Shown: piece by piece, positions 38,450-51,449 of the stretch
How positions within the stretch are numbered: the first letter of the stretch is position 1
Layout of the letters: every line of letters begins with the position of its first letter
Assembly (NCBI RefSeq): GCF_001194135.2
Contig: NC_068985.1
Span: forward strand, 123,942,197-124,006,196
Length of the DNA: 64,000 nt
Source of the DNA: Octopus bimaculoides
Taxonomy: Eukaryota
Direction: 5' to 3'
Notes under the pieces: generated by a model
Database searches by the model: none
The model's input: the letters and a program-made list of their open reading frames with translations, nothing else
What the model was told of the DNA's origin: nothing
Translations under genes and position numbers: made by a program

Positions 38450-39800
38450 CCTAGGCCAATGGAATTACAGTCTTTGTAACATTGACTCTAAGGCCCTTCG
38501 ATTCTAAACATTGCTTCCACACTGGAAGTTTCTTCTCTAGTTCTGGTAGAGATTCTGCATAGAGGAGGTCCCAGGGGCAACCTGTTTTGAATTTCTCTGT
38601 TATTGCCTGGATGACTATCATGAATAAGAGGTGGGTGCGGGCTGATCCTTGGTGGATCCTTACTTCTACCGGGAATTCTTCACTATACTCATTTCCAATC
38701 CTAACCCTACTAACGGCATCTCTGTACAGGGCCTGTACAGCCCTTATTAACCAATCGTCAATCCCCAGTTTCCGCATCGGCCACCAGATAAGGGACGAAA
38801 GTCACTAATGACTAGCCTATGCTGGGGATGCATTCTTCACCTGAGAGGGTCTTTGTATTTAAGAGCAACCCTGCGTCCCGCTGTCTGGTGAGGATGAAAT
38901 CAATCTGGCTAGCAGAGTCACCTGATTGATAGGTTATCAGGCGGCTGTCTGGCTTCCTGAATTTAGTGTTGCAGATTAAAAGGTCACATGCATCACAGAA
39001 CTCCAGTAGTCTAGTTTCCTCATCGTTCCGGAAACCAATACCACGGCCCTCGTGTACACCAGTGTACACCGCCCAACATGCCAATTAAAATCTCCAGCCA
39101 CAAAGATGCGGTCATTGCCACTCATCTTTGAGGTAGCCTATTGAAGGGTATTATAAAAATGGTCCTTCTGATCATTTTGTTTCCCCGCTTGTGGGGCGTA
39201 GGCAGAGATAATTGTAGCTGTGCTGTTCTGCAGGACTAACCTGAGCTGATGCGCTCTATCGCATACCCTGACAACCTCTAAGACCTTATCCACCCATTTC
39301 TCCGCAAGGAGTATGCATACACCCCCTACTCCATCCATGTTACCTTGTCAGAAGACTTTATACCTATGTACCTTGCCAGTGAGGACCCTAATTGAAGCTC
39401 CTCTCCATCTTACCTCTTGTATGCAGCATACATCAACCCGTCTCCTTTCAAGCATCTCTACAATCACACTAGACCTACCTTTCGGTGAGCCTACATTGAC
39501 AGTGCCAACTCTGAAAACCGGTAAGAGAATGTGGGGTGCGGCTTGGGGAGGAGAGATGTTATTCAGCGCCTGAAAAGAAGAGGGAGGTTGTCGTATTCGT
39601 TATTTAGGCATGCTTTACCTGTTCTCACTTCCGACCTGACAAAAGTCAAACATTCAAGCGTGTCAAGATTGTTGCCCTTACTAGAGGGAGAAGCAGGTGT
39701 TAGCGGCGTTGTAAGCATAAGAATTATAGCCATCGAATAATGTAAATTTAAGCGGTGTAGCAAAATATGGATATTCCAGTGTTAGATTAGGTAGGGAGTC
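38450..39800 (-). mobile_element. RTE-clade LINE with internal deletions (APE endonuclease joined to an RT fragment)
   Basis: APE motifs VGTVNVGS, DVCCIQEVRW, SAYAPQ, VAGDFN, SQIDFIL; RT fragment MRKLGIDDWLIRAVQALYRDAVSRVR..EEF..HQGS..LFMIV..CPWDLLYA/ESL..KGLRVNVTKT. Confidence 0.92.
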
Positions 39801-40019
39801 AGCTGAAACTGGTTGCGTTTGTCCAGTAAGAGGGGGATTGCAGATATGATAGAGGGTACCACCAGGGGGAAGGGTTCAGACAGAGAGAGAGGAAACAAGC
39901 TCATCCCTACATACACACAAGTGAACCCACACACAGGAACAAGCACACGTGGACAGCCGAATAGCTTTCTCCTTCACTTGATAAGGCGAAGGAAAACTTC
40001 TGCGTAGTTGTTGGCATGT

Positions 40020-40093
40020 TTCTAGCCGGAACGAAAACGAAACGAAAGATAGCCGGTTAAGTAGGTGGGCAGATAACCTGGTGTATTTGTCCC

Positions 40094-40180
<87 letters not shown>

Positions 40181-40420
40181 CAGGTAATATAGGGAACAGC
40201 ACCAGTGAGGAGTGAGGAATTGAGAGAAGAAACATCTGGTAATGGTGGTCACAAATTTCTAGACAGAACGAAACGAAAGATAGCCAGTTAAGTAGGTGGG
40301 TGGGTGGGTTGTTGGGCTAGTTGCATTTGTTCCATGAGAGAGAAAGAGTGCAGGTAATATATAGAGAACAGCCCAGTGGGGAGGATTTGTTGGGAGAAGA
40401 GACATCAAGCAATGGTGGTG
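40020..40420. repeat. Diverged tandem duplication (~240-bp unit with an expanded (AG)n in copy 1)
   Basis: tctag.c.gaacgaaa..cgaaagatagcc.gttaagtaggtggg, gagtgcaggtaatata and aatggtggt each occur twice. Confidence 0.75.
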
Positions 40421-40517
40421 AGAGGAGAGAGAGATATCCGGTGTAGATGGTGGGAAGATAGAGATATCCGGTATTGGTGGTGGAACGGGAAAGGGCGGAC
40501 GCACCGCGAACAAACAA

Positions 40518-41002
40518 AGTTTAGTTTGGGGACATGGTACGAGGGACGAAAATAACGGTAATAATAATGAAATTAAACAGATCGAGAAACGAGTAATTAT
40601 CTTCACGAAATTACATGAGAGATAAAATTATATTTTGAGTGGACATTTTCAATGGTTAGCTCATGAAAACTTGCTGTTAGTAAGTAATACACTTAAAATG
40701 TTAATGGCGAATGAATATACGAAAGATCGAAAAAAAAAAACGAGAAAATCTTAACTTAACAACGCATCATCGTTTGGTGAAGGAATGGAAGGGAAGGGAA
40801 ACAGGAGACAAGAATTTTTAAATAGATAAGCTGCAACCGGAAGCCAGTTTAGTTTGGGGACATGGTACGAGGGACGAAAATAATGGTAATAATAATGAAA
40901 TTAAACAGACTGAGAAATGAGTAATTATCTTAATGAAATTACATGAGAGTTAAAATTATATTTTGAGGGGACATTTTCAATGGTTAGCTCATGAAAACTA
41001 GC
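40518..41002. repeat. Direct repeat pair of ~160 bp (40518-40678 and 40846-41002)
   Basis: gtttagtttggggacatggtacgagggacgaaaataa...ttttcaatggttagctcatgaaaact in both copies. Confidence 0.9.
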
Positions 41003-41019
41003 TAGTCATTTGACTGCAG

Positions 41020-41365
41020 CCATGCTGGAACACCGCCTTAATGAGTTTTAGTCGAAGAAATCGACTCCAGGATAGATTCTCTGTAAACCTAGTACATACT
41101 CTATCGGCATCTTTTGCTGAACCGCTAAGTTACGGGGACATAAATACACCAGCATCGGTTGTCAAGCGAGGACGGAGGTACAAATACAGACACATGCACA
41201 TAAATAAATACAGATATATATATATGTATATATATATACGATTAACTTGTTTCAATTTCGTCTACCAAATCCACTCAAAACGCTTTGATCAGCCCGGCTA
41301 TAATAGAAGACACTTGCCCAAGGTGAGACTGAACCTGGAACCATGTGTTTGGGAAACAATCTTCT
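41020..41365 (-). mobile_element. SINE family B copy
   Basis: Reverse complement matches 8616-9035. Confidence 0.8.
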
Positions 41366-41367
41366 TA

Positions 41368-41577
41368 TTTCTTTATTGCCCACAAGGGGCTAAACATAGA
41401 GGGGACAAACAATGAGAAATAGCGGGATTAAATCGATTACATCGATTACATCGACAACGAAAGGATGAAAAACAAAGTCGACCTCAGCGGAATTTGAACT
41501 CAGGACGTAAAGACAGACGAAATACCGCTAAGCATTTAGCCCGGCGTGCTAACGTTTCTGCCAGCTCGCCGCCTTTA
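41368..41577 (-). mobile_element. SINE family C copy with Tx1-like 3' tail
   Basis: Minus strand ends ttgtttgtcccctctatgtttagccccttgtgggcaataaagaaa. Confidence 0.85.
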
Positions 41578-41603
41578 CCACACAGCCACACCTGAGCATT
41601 ATA

Positions 41604-41814
41604 TATGACCGCGAGTCCGCTGCCCAGTGGTTAGGGCAGCGGACTCGCGGTCATAGGATCGCGGTTTCGATTCCCAGACCGGGCGTTGTGAGTGTTTATT
41701 GAGCGAAAACACCTAAAGCTCCATGAAGTTCCGGCAGGGGATGGTGGCGAACCCTGCTGTACTCTTTCACCGCAACTTTCTCTCACTCTTTCTTCCTGTT
41801 TCTGTTGTACCTGT
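41604..41814 (+). mobile_element. SINE family A, 5' part with a 22-bp fold-back inversion; runs into a gap
   Basis: tatgaccgcgagtccgctgccc-agtggtta-gggcagcggactcgcggtcata. Confidence 0.88.
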
Positions 41815-42273
41815 NNNNNNNNNNNNNNNNNNNNNNNNNNNNNNNNNNNNNNNNNNNNNNNNNNNNNNNNNNNNNNNNNNNNNNNNNNNNNNNNNNNNNN
41901 NNNNNNNNNNNNNNNNNNNNNNNNNNNNNNNNNNNNNNNNNNNNNNNNNNNNNNNNNNNNNNNNNNNNNNNNNNNNNNNNNNNNNNNNNNNNNNNNNNNN
42001 NNNNNNNNNNNNNNNNNNNNNNNNNNNNNNNNNNNNNNNNNNNNNNNNNNNNNNNNNNNNNNNNNNNNNNNNNNNNNNNNNNNNNNNNNNNNNNNNNNNN
42101 NNNNNNNNNNNNNNNNNNNNNNNNNNNNNNNNNNNNNNNNNNNNNNNNNNNNNNNNNNNNNNNNNNNNNNNNNNNNNNNNNNNNNNNNNNNNNNNNNNNN
42201 NNNNNNNNNNNNNNNNNAGATAGATATGTATGGGGTCAGTGCAATTTTTTTCTAACTTCTTTTTTCTTTCTTT

Positions 42274-42331
<58 letters not shown>

Positions 42332-43754
42332 ATTGTTTTAAACCATTACCATCCCAGTACCACCATCATCGTCACTACAACTGACATACACACGCCATTC
42401 AGACTTCTGACGCTGCCGCCATCAATACCTTTCACTTTGCTGCCTTCCCCACCACCACTGTCTTTCACATCGCTTACTATCACCGTCATCCCTGACCGCC
42501 TCGGCTACCACCACCATCATCACCGTCGCTTCCGCCATTATCACAACTACAACTCATACTATTACTATCACCCCATTACCATCACAGCCGTCAATCCACT
42601 ACCGCCTCCACCGTCTCTGTGCCCAGTATTACTCTCACCTCAACATTGAGGAATAGTAGAAGTGTCATTGAATAGTGAGAGAGTGGGTCAAAGTGTGACA
42701 CACTGACGCACAGAAATTCGTTTTGGCATTTATTATTATAGATTTATGTATATAAGATTGGTGTTATTCTATTCGTCTGTCACGTTATCGTTAGATCAAA
42801 ATGATTTTCAAGTTAAATATACAAAGATATTTAATTGTTAAATGGCCATGAATATTTCACCCTCAAATATAATCTCTCTTCCAGAGAGACTGGAAGAAGA
42901 AAGACAAAAGTAATAAAACATGCGATAGAGTTAACTACAGCCACTTCTGCTCTAGACCTATTTTGATGTAGTTCCTTCTACCGCTTTAAACTGCTTATAT
43001 TTCTGGTAAGTAAACTATTAAAAAAAATCTTCATTGGTTCGTAAGGTAAATATGCTTTTTGTAAAGTAAGTACATTATTTTCCACTAAAATATTTCTTGT
43101 TATAAAACAATTGTGAAATTTTAAAAATAATGTCATAAAAAATATTCTTTATCCAAATAAAAATAATTCAATGAAAAATCTGGGTTTGTATATCTATGTA
43201 TAGTCACTTTTGTATTTTTTACAGCTTAGTTAATTCCATCAGTCTAGCTTTTTCCGTAATCTTTGTGTTCATAAAATTATTCTTTTTCAAGAACGTATAA
43301 GCAAGTTGGATATTTTGTAAAAACGTTACAGTCGTATAATTTTGTTTGGTATTCATTTTCAATGTCTTCCTCGCTTTTGCATGTTTACAATATTTTTATG
43401 AAAAAATAATAGAATTTATATACAGTCGACGTTTGTATCTGAAGACAAAGTTTAATGTTTTAGATTTAAATCATAAAAACTTCAAAAATTCTCTCAGGCA
43501 AAGAATTCGCATGAGAAAGACATGAGATGCATTCATACGCCAACAAAACTGGGAAATAATTGTACAATCATCACTGATAATTTTGGTTAGATCTTTACGA
43601 ATTCAATTAAAATATGGGACATTGTTTATAGGTACAAAAGACGACTGTATATAAATACTATAAATTCTTCATTAAAATATTGTAAAACTTCAAGAGCAAA
43701 ACCAACTTAATAATGATGTCAAATTTTTAGCATAAACACAGCAATTTCGAGGTG

Positions 43755-43920
43755 TGGCGTAATTCGACTGCATCGACCCCAGTACTCATTTGGTACTTAT
43801 GTTATCGACCCCGAAGACAAAGTCGACCTCGGCGGAATTTGAACTCAGAGCGTGAGACAGACAAAATGCCGCTAAGCATTTCGCCCGTCGTGTTAACGAT
43901 TCTGCCAGCTCGCCTCCTTA
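43755..43920 (-). mobile_element. SINE family C copy
   Basis: catcgaccccagtactcatttggtacttatgttatcgacccc..ggcggaatttgaactcag..ctgccagctcgcc. Confidence 0.82.
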
Positions 43921-44991
43921 AAGGTAATTTAATAATAACTATCAAAATACAAAATTTTACTATAAAATGTCATAAAAAAAAGAAAAAAACGTCTGACTTA
44001 CATAATTTTCTGAATACGAAATCAATTATGAAAACGGAGGTAACGGTAAAGTTTACATTGGAAGACTTAAAATACGCTCCAAGAAAATAGAGATTATATA
44101 CACACATACAAACCCAGATTTTTTATATTCTATAATAAAATTTTAAATCGTTTATAGATAATGCGTGAATTAAGGCGGAGCACCACATGTCTAATGCCTT
44201 ATAGCGTAATATATTTATGCTGAAAATAATAGATGATTGATTGAAGTCTGCTTTTATGGCGCATCGTAAGTCGACTAAATTAGCCAATTAAAATTACTTC
44301 AGTAACTCTTACGAGGGTTATTAAAGAAAGACAGTAGAGTAGTATAACTATTTTAGCACCATTTCAAACAATCATACGCATCTTAATATTTCTGTTGGTG
44401 CAAGGTTAGGGATGCCCCTACGGTGTCTCTGTTCCATTACAGTTATATTAGGTAGCTAAAAGAATTAGTGAAATCCTGGCACATGTCACCAAGTGATATT
44501 CCTTTGCGAGTGACCGCTATAATTCAGTTTAATATGTGACGGAACATAAAATTGCATATAAGTACACAACATTACTTTCTCATACGTACAAGTTTCGTGA
44601 GATTAACTATTCTCTCAATTGACTATACTATTAATAAATCTAAATACTGAAGAGGTATTTAAGATTTTTCTTTAAATTGCTGGTCATCTTTGATTATAAG
44701 AGTAGAGATGTCAAGTACATTTCTTCAATAATCGAAAGACGGAGAAATAATATTTAGCTGCAACTGATGTAATGTTTACAGTTCCAGAATACGTGACACC
44801 AAGAGTTGCCTAATGTTTCAATATGAACATGTTTGCATAATAGTGTATCTATAAAAACTGCTCAAAAATAATTACCATATAATAAACATCTTCAGTGTAA
44901 TCTTCACAGTTCAATACTTTCAGTATATAGAAATCTTCTCAGAATACATTTCTTATATGTACTTTGACACAGGTGCATACATATATACTTG

Positions 44992-45041
<50 letters not shown>

Positions 45042-45821
45042 CACACATGTATATACATACACACTCCCAAACACACACATATATGTATGTATGTGTATAT
45101 ATATATATATATATACACGTACATACATACACAAATACCCATATACGTACTTGTAGAAATGTGCTTGATAGAGTGTGTTTATATGTCTGTGAGGCTGTGT
45201 CTCCGCATGTTTGAGTGCACGTATCAGAATACTTAAATGCTTTCTTGTGTACGTTGAAAATTCTCGACTCTTTGAAACCTTCCACAATCAAAAGCGGTTT
45301 TGTTTATGATTTCCTTTTGTTTTGATTTTTCTGTTCAGAACATGAGAGATAACATTAAATTTAAAAAGAAAGACCACTAAAAATTGCAATAATAATACGA
45401 AAGCAAAAACCAAAATGTGATATCGTAGAAAGTGAACAAAAATACAAAAAAAAAAAAAAAAAAAAAAAAAAAAAGCCGGTGGTGAAATCACCTCAAAGAA
45501 GTTGAGTCTATCATAGAAACTAAAATTTATCAGCCATCTCCTTTCAAGCATTATTAAACTTAAAAGCAGTATCTAACTCACGGTTTTTCTAGATATTAGC
45601 ATTGATACATTCCTCATTTATTTACTGTTCACTTGATTTTGCTATACATATATACATATATATGCACATAAATACATTTATACACACGTGCATACATATA
45701 TGCATACGTACGTACATGCATACATAAATACATATGTATATATATGTGCATGCATACATACACATTCACGTGTGCACATTTTATGCGAGGATGTATATAG
45801 GCGTAAAAATACATAAATGCT

Positions 45822-45885
<64 letters not shown>

Positions 45886-46372
45886 CATGAACACACACTC
45901 ACACACACATTCAGACACACACTCACACACACACGCACACACACACTCGCACACACACATACACATATATAAACATATATAACTGCATTCAGATTAGTCT
46001 TATATATTCTCTACTGCAGTTTTATCTTACAGCCACAAACCAACCTCATTTTCTGTCTGTTTCTGTGTTATAAATGTATGTATGTATGTATGTATGTATG
46101 CATGCATGAAAACATGTGTGCATATATGTATGTATGCATGTATGTATTTATGTACCTAATTGTCTTCTATCTACCTTTCAAATCGATAAACTAAACTTAT
46201 TTCAACGTTATTTACGTGCATTTTGTTTTTCTCGTTTATCATATTTTCAAAGAATTTATTTTTTATATATATATTTACTTCTCCCGTATATTCCTCATAT
46301 ACAGGTAATATTAAATTTTATCCCGATAACTCACTGACAGTTCTGCTCCTTTATCATTTTTGTTTGTCTTTA

Positions 46373-46448
<76 letters not shown>

Positions 46449-47777
46449 NNNNNNNNNNNNNNNNNNNNNNNNNNNNNNNNNNNNNNNNNNNNNNNNNNNN
46501 NNNNNNNNNNNNNNNNNNNNNNNNNNNNNNNNNNNNNNNNNNNNNNNNNNNNNNNNNNNNNNNNNNNNNNNNNNNNNNNNNNNNNNNNNNNNNNNNNNNN
46601 NNNNNNNNNNNNNNNNNNNNNNNNNNNNNNNNNNNNNNNNNNNNNNNNNNNNNNNNNNNNNNNNNNNNNNNNNNNNNNNNNNNNNNNNNNNNNNNNNNNN
46701 NNNNNNNNNNNNNNNNNNNNNNNNNNNNNNNNNNNNNNNNNNNNNNNNNNNNNNNNNNNNNNNNNNNNNNNNNNNNNNNNNNNNNNNNNNNNNNNNNNNN
46801 NNNNNNNNNNNNNNNNNNNNNNNNNNNNNNNNNNNNNNNNNNNNNNNNNNNNNNNNNNNNNNNNNNNNNNNNNNNNNNNNNNNNNNNNNNNNNNNNNNNN
46901 NNNNNNNNNNNNNNNNNNNNNNNNNNNNNNNNNNNNNNNNNNNNNNNNNNNNNNNNNNNNNNNNNNNNNNNNNNNNNNNNNNNNNNNNNNNNNNNNNNNN
47001 NNNNNNNNNNNNNNNNNNNNNNNNNNNNNNNNNNNNNNNNNNNTATATATATATATATATCCATATAAAATATGAATTCAAAGGACCAAGTGGAACCTGC
47101 CGTAAATACTCCAGTCGGGAACTCGGCTATCATCAAGCCACAAGATAAGATATCAGTGTAACTTAATATATACCCAAACAATAGATTATCAGTTACGGAA
47201 TACAACTGTTCAGAAAGTTCCCTTAAGTTTCCTGGCCATATATGTGCGCGTGTGTGTGTTTGTGTGAGTGTGTGTGTATCTGTGTGTGTGTGCATGTGTG
47301 TGTGTGTGTCAGTGTGTGAGAGGGAGGGAGAGAAATCACGTCACTAGTTACATTTCATTGTTAAAATTCGTTAAAAATATTCTTTTCTCATAACGTATGT
47401 CTTAAAAGGAAATCGAAGAATAGATTAAAAGTAGACCGTTGCTCTATTTTTAGAAACCACGCTGTATTAGTCGACTATCTGCGGTGGTGAACGGACTCCC
47501 CCGAACTATGTCTTTAATCATTTTTAATTAAATGAAATTACAGGCAGAAATGAAACAGGCTGTTAAGATAGAATTTCAACTGACCATTGAGATTATTCAA
47601 CCAAAACAAGTAAACAGAATTCACCGTAGGATCTGTTGCGAAATTACAGGAGTAAATAACTTCGGAAAAATCTCTATAGATTTTAAATAACACGATTTAT
47701 GCTGAGAATATTCAATAAACTCCATCACCAACATCGTTTAATCGTTCAGAAGATTATGTTTTTCACTCATAGACGCA

Positions 47778-47935
47778 AGAGTGGCTGTTTGGGAAGAAGC
47801 TTACTTCCCAACCACATGGTTCCGGGTTCAGTCCCATTGTGTGGCATCTTGGGCAAGTGTCTTCTATAGCTTCGCGCCGACCAAAGCCTTGTGGGTTGAT
47901 TTGTTAGACGAAAACTGAAAGCCTGTCGTATATAT
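47778..47935 (+). mobile_element. SINE family B, 5' part ending at the internal (TA)n site
   Basis: ccaaccacatggttccgggttcagtcccattgtgtggcatcttgggcaagtgtc. Confidence 0.82.
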
Positions 47936-48439
47936 ATACATAGTTATTTGGAAAACAGAAGGCTGTATATAACCTTTCACTTCGTCTTTTCCCGGATACA
48001 GTTGCTCAGCAAAGTAGCATTTTCTTTTTGAATGACACGTGTCGTCTTCCTGTTTTGTTTGAGTTGGCTTAAGTCGAGTCAATCTTTTTTGTCTTAAGTG
48101 TAAGCAAATAACGAGATGCCGTAGGATGACGATTTTCCTGTTGCTCCTGAAACTGCTAATTTATACCCATATTTTATGTTTTCCTTTCTGTTTTTTTTTT
48201 TTGTTATACAAGTGTATAGGTCTAAACTTTAAATTCATATGCCTTTGATGTTTCCCAATTTGTCTATAGCATGGGATACGCCATTCGGCACAGACTGGAG
48301 GATCACGATTAATCGGCCAGATATTGTTAATAACCACGTGAAAAGGAAATGCTTCCTAACCGAAGTACCACTTTCAACAAGTAGTCATGTATCTCCTACA
48401 AAAATAAGATCTGGAAATAGAGCTAACAAGAATATTGAT

Positions 48440-49500
48440 TTCAAATTTTTTACACAAGGTCCGCATTTTCAGGGGACGGGTAAATGGATTACTACAACCC
48501 CAGTGCTCAACTGGTACTTATTCTGTCGACCTCGAGAGGATGAAAGGTAAAGTCGACATCGGCAGAACTTGAACTCAGTATGTAGAGACGGACGAAACAC
48601 CACTAAGCATTTTGCTCGACGTACTAACAATTCTCCCAGCTCATCGCCTTAATAATCCTTTATACTATAGGTACAAGGCCTGAATTTTTTTGCGGGGAGG
48701 GCACTAGTCGATTACATCAACCCCACTGTTTTTCTGTTACGTAATCTATCGATCCCGAAAGGATGAAAGGTAAAGACAACCTCGGCGGAATTTGAACTCA
48801 GAGCGTAGCGGCAGACGAAACACCGATAAGCATTTTCTTCGGCGTGGCAATGGTGGGACTCCGTCGGTTACGACGACGTGGGTTCCAGTTGATCCGATCA
48901 ACGGAACAAACTGCTCGTGAAATTAACGTGCAAGTGGCTGAGCACTCCACAGACACGTGTACCCTTAACGTAATTCTCGGGGAGATTCAGCGTGACACAG
49001 AGTGTGACAAGGCTGGCCCTTTGAAATACAGGCACAACAGAAACAGGAAGTAAGAGTGAGAGAAAGTTGTGGTGAAAGAGTACAGCAGGGTTCGCCACCA
49101 TCCCCTGCTGGAGCCTCGTGGAACTGTAGGTGTTTTCGCTCAATAAACACTCACAACGCCCGGTCTGGGAATCGAAACCGCGATCCTACAACCGCGAGTC
49201 CGTTGCCCTAACCACTGGGCCATTGCGCCTCCACTTCTCCGGCGTACTAACAATCCTACCAGCTCGCCGCCTTAATAATAATCCTTTCTACTGGAGGCAC
49301 AAGGCCTCGAATTTGTGGGGAGGGGGTAAGTCGATTACATCGACCCCAGTGTTTCGCTGGTACTTAATTTATCGACCCCGAAAGGAGGAAAGGCAAAGTT
49401 AGCCTCGGCGGCATTTGAACTCAGAACGTAGCGACGGACTAAACACCGCTTAACATTTCGCCCGTCGTGCTAACGATTCTGCCAGTTAGCCGTCTTAATA
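48440..49500 (-). mobile_element. Head-to-tail array of three family C SINEs with a family A SINE (48846-49234) nested in the middle unit
   Basis: Three successive family C units; target-site duplication ttcttcggcgt (48835-48845) and ttctccggcgt (49235-49245). Confidence 0.88.
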
Positions 49501-49843
49501 ATAATAACAACTTTGGCATATGGCCAGCAGTTTAGGGGGAGGTGTAGTTAACCAGAATATTCTGACAGAAAATGCAAGCAGCCTCTTTAATAAGAGATGA
49601 TTTGCAATTCATTAAAAAGACACGTAGGAAAAGACATCCAAAATTCCATAACTTAAACATATGCACAACTTGAAGAAAATAGCGCTAAAAGACACTGCGT
49701 GCACCTGATGTAGAATTTTTCCAATACAACAGAAATACAAAACCAATACAAAAATACTGCACAGACTCAAAGCGCGCAAATATGCATTCGGTAGTGCAGT
49801 GAAAGCACGCAATAAAAATAAGACTACTGAATAACAACACAGA

Positions 49844-49875
<32 letters not shown>

Positions 49876-50661
49876 TCAAAGATGATGAGTATGATGATAA
49901 TGATGATAATGATGATAATGATGATTATTTTTGAAATTCACTATCAATTAGCCTAATCGAAGCTTCATGATGGATTCGTGTCAAGGTCGAGCTAGCTTAT
50001 TTGACGCTGCTCGAATCAATAAAACAATTATGTTTCTAATCTTGAATGGTTCATATGATGCAACTTCGAATATGATGTCATCTCTCAGTCAGGAATGGAT
50101 GACAGGTGCATGTTGATATTGATCTTATTTCCCCAGCATCAAGAATAGCGTCTTGTGCGTAGGTATGATGTTGATGCTGCAGTTTACTACCCGGTCAGCC
50201 TTGAATCAGCATACACATATAACCAAAGGCGTTCTCACTACAATCATCCTATCGGGTATCCAAGTATATGTTATCTAATGTGCCCTTGCTTTTCCCAGAC
50301 GATAGGGTGTGGTCTAACTACTATTTCTAATAAATCGAGCGACCACGTAGAAACTTATATGTAATTTGTTTTCTTTTTTGCCGTTTTTCTTTTTTTTCTT
50401 TATGGAGGTATTGATTAGCCCCAGGCAGCACTGATCAAGCATACCTCTAATTAAAGACATTCTAGGTGTTTATATTGCACCTTTTTTTCTTTATTTTCAA
50501 ACATTGTGCATCTAGGACAACATTATCAAATGTGTTCTTCCACTTTCTAAGAGAGTAGGGAATGATTTGTGAAAGATCTGATCTCTTATTTTTAGAACAA
50601 GCGACCACATATAAGTCACTTCTGCGGCGTCTGAAGTGCTTAACAGATCAGAGCAGGTACG

Positions 50662-51119
50662 TAATGGTGGACATTCAGTCATTTTAAAGATCGTAGCTAA
50701 TTTCACTGAGGTGGAGGAATAGGTGAAGATAACAAATAGTAGTAGTAGTAGCAGTTGTTGTTGTTGTTGATGTTGTTGTTTTTGTTGTTGTAGATTTTCT
50801 CTCCCAATCCAATTTTATTTCGTCTTCCAGCATGAGCTCATAGGTGACTATAGAAACTGAGATTTGAAAAATTTGGCGATTTTCTCTGCACAGGATCGTT
50901 CAGGATTTTTCAACAATGGTGGCTAGCCTATACTTCCTCGTCTGAAGTTTTTAATACTTTTTCCTGTCTCGTTCACTGAATTTTCAGCCCAGTTGATAAA
51001 TCTGTCATTTTCTCTGCCTTTACAATGGTTTCTTAGCCTGAGGAGTGAAAAGACTTTTGATGAGAAGAGAGCTGATGTGAAGCTTTCGCCTTGACTCGCG
51101 GCAGTTTTTACCTAAAATC
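50662..51119. repeat. Copy 1 of a ~460-bp near-identical duplication (copy 2 at 53282-53757)
   Basis: Few SNPs plus a (GTA)n length difference; both copies lie next to a gap. Confidence 0.92.
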
Positions 51120-51406
51120 ATGTTTATGCAGATAAATTTGATNNNNNNNNNNNNNNNNNNNNNNNNNNNNNNNNNNNNNNNNNNNNNNNNNNNNNNNNNN
51201 NNNNNNNNNNNNNNNNNNNNNNNNNNNNNNNNNNNNNNNNNNNNNNNNNNNNNNNNNNNNNNNNNNNNNNNNNNNNNNNNNNNNNNNNNNNNNNNNNNNN
51301 NNNNNNNNNNNNNNNNNNNNNNNNNNNNNNNNNNNNNNNNNNNNNNNNNNNNNNNNNNNNNNNNNNNNNNNNNNNNNNNNNNNNNNNNNNNNNNNNNNNN
51401 NNNNNN

Positions 51407-51449
<43 letters not shown>

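Noticed and set aside
43500-43730. Possible further Penelope C-terminal remnant
   Set aside because: Too decayed; only a vague FFIK..LN-like ending and no GIY-YIG motif
51075-51110. GCC-loop-GGC-GAAAGCTTC on the minus strand (also in the duplicate)
   Set aside because: No CUGANGA upstream of the stem
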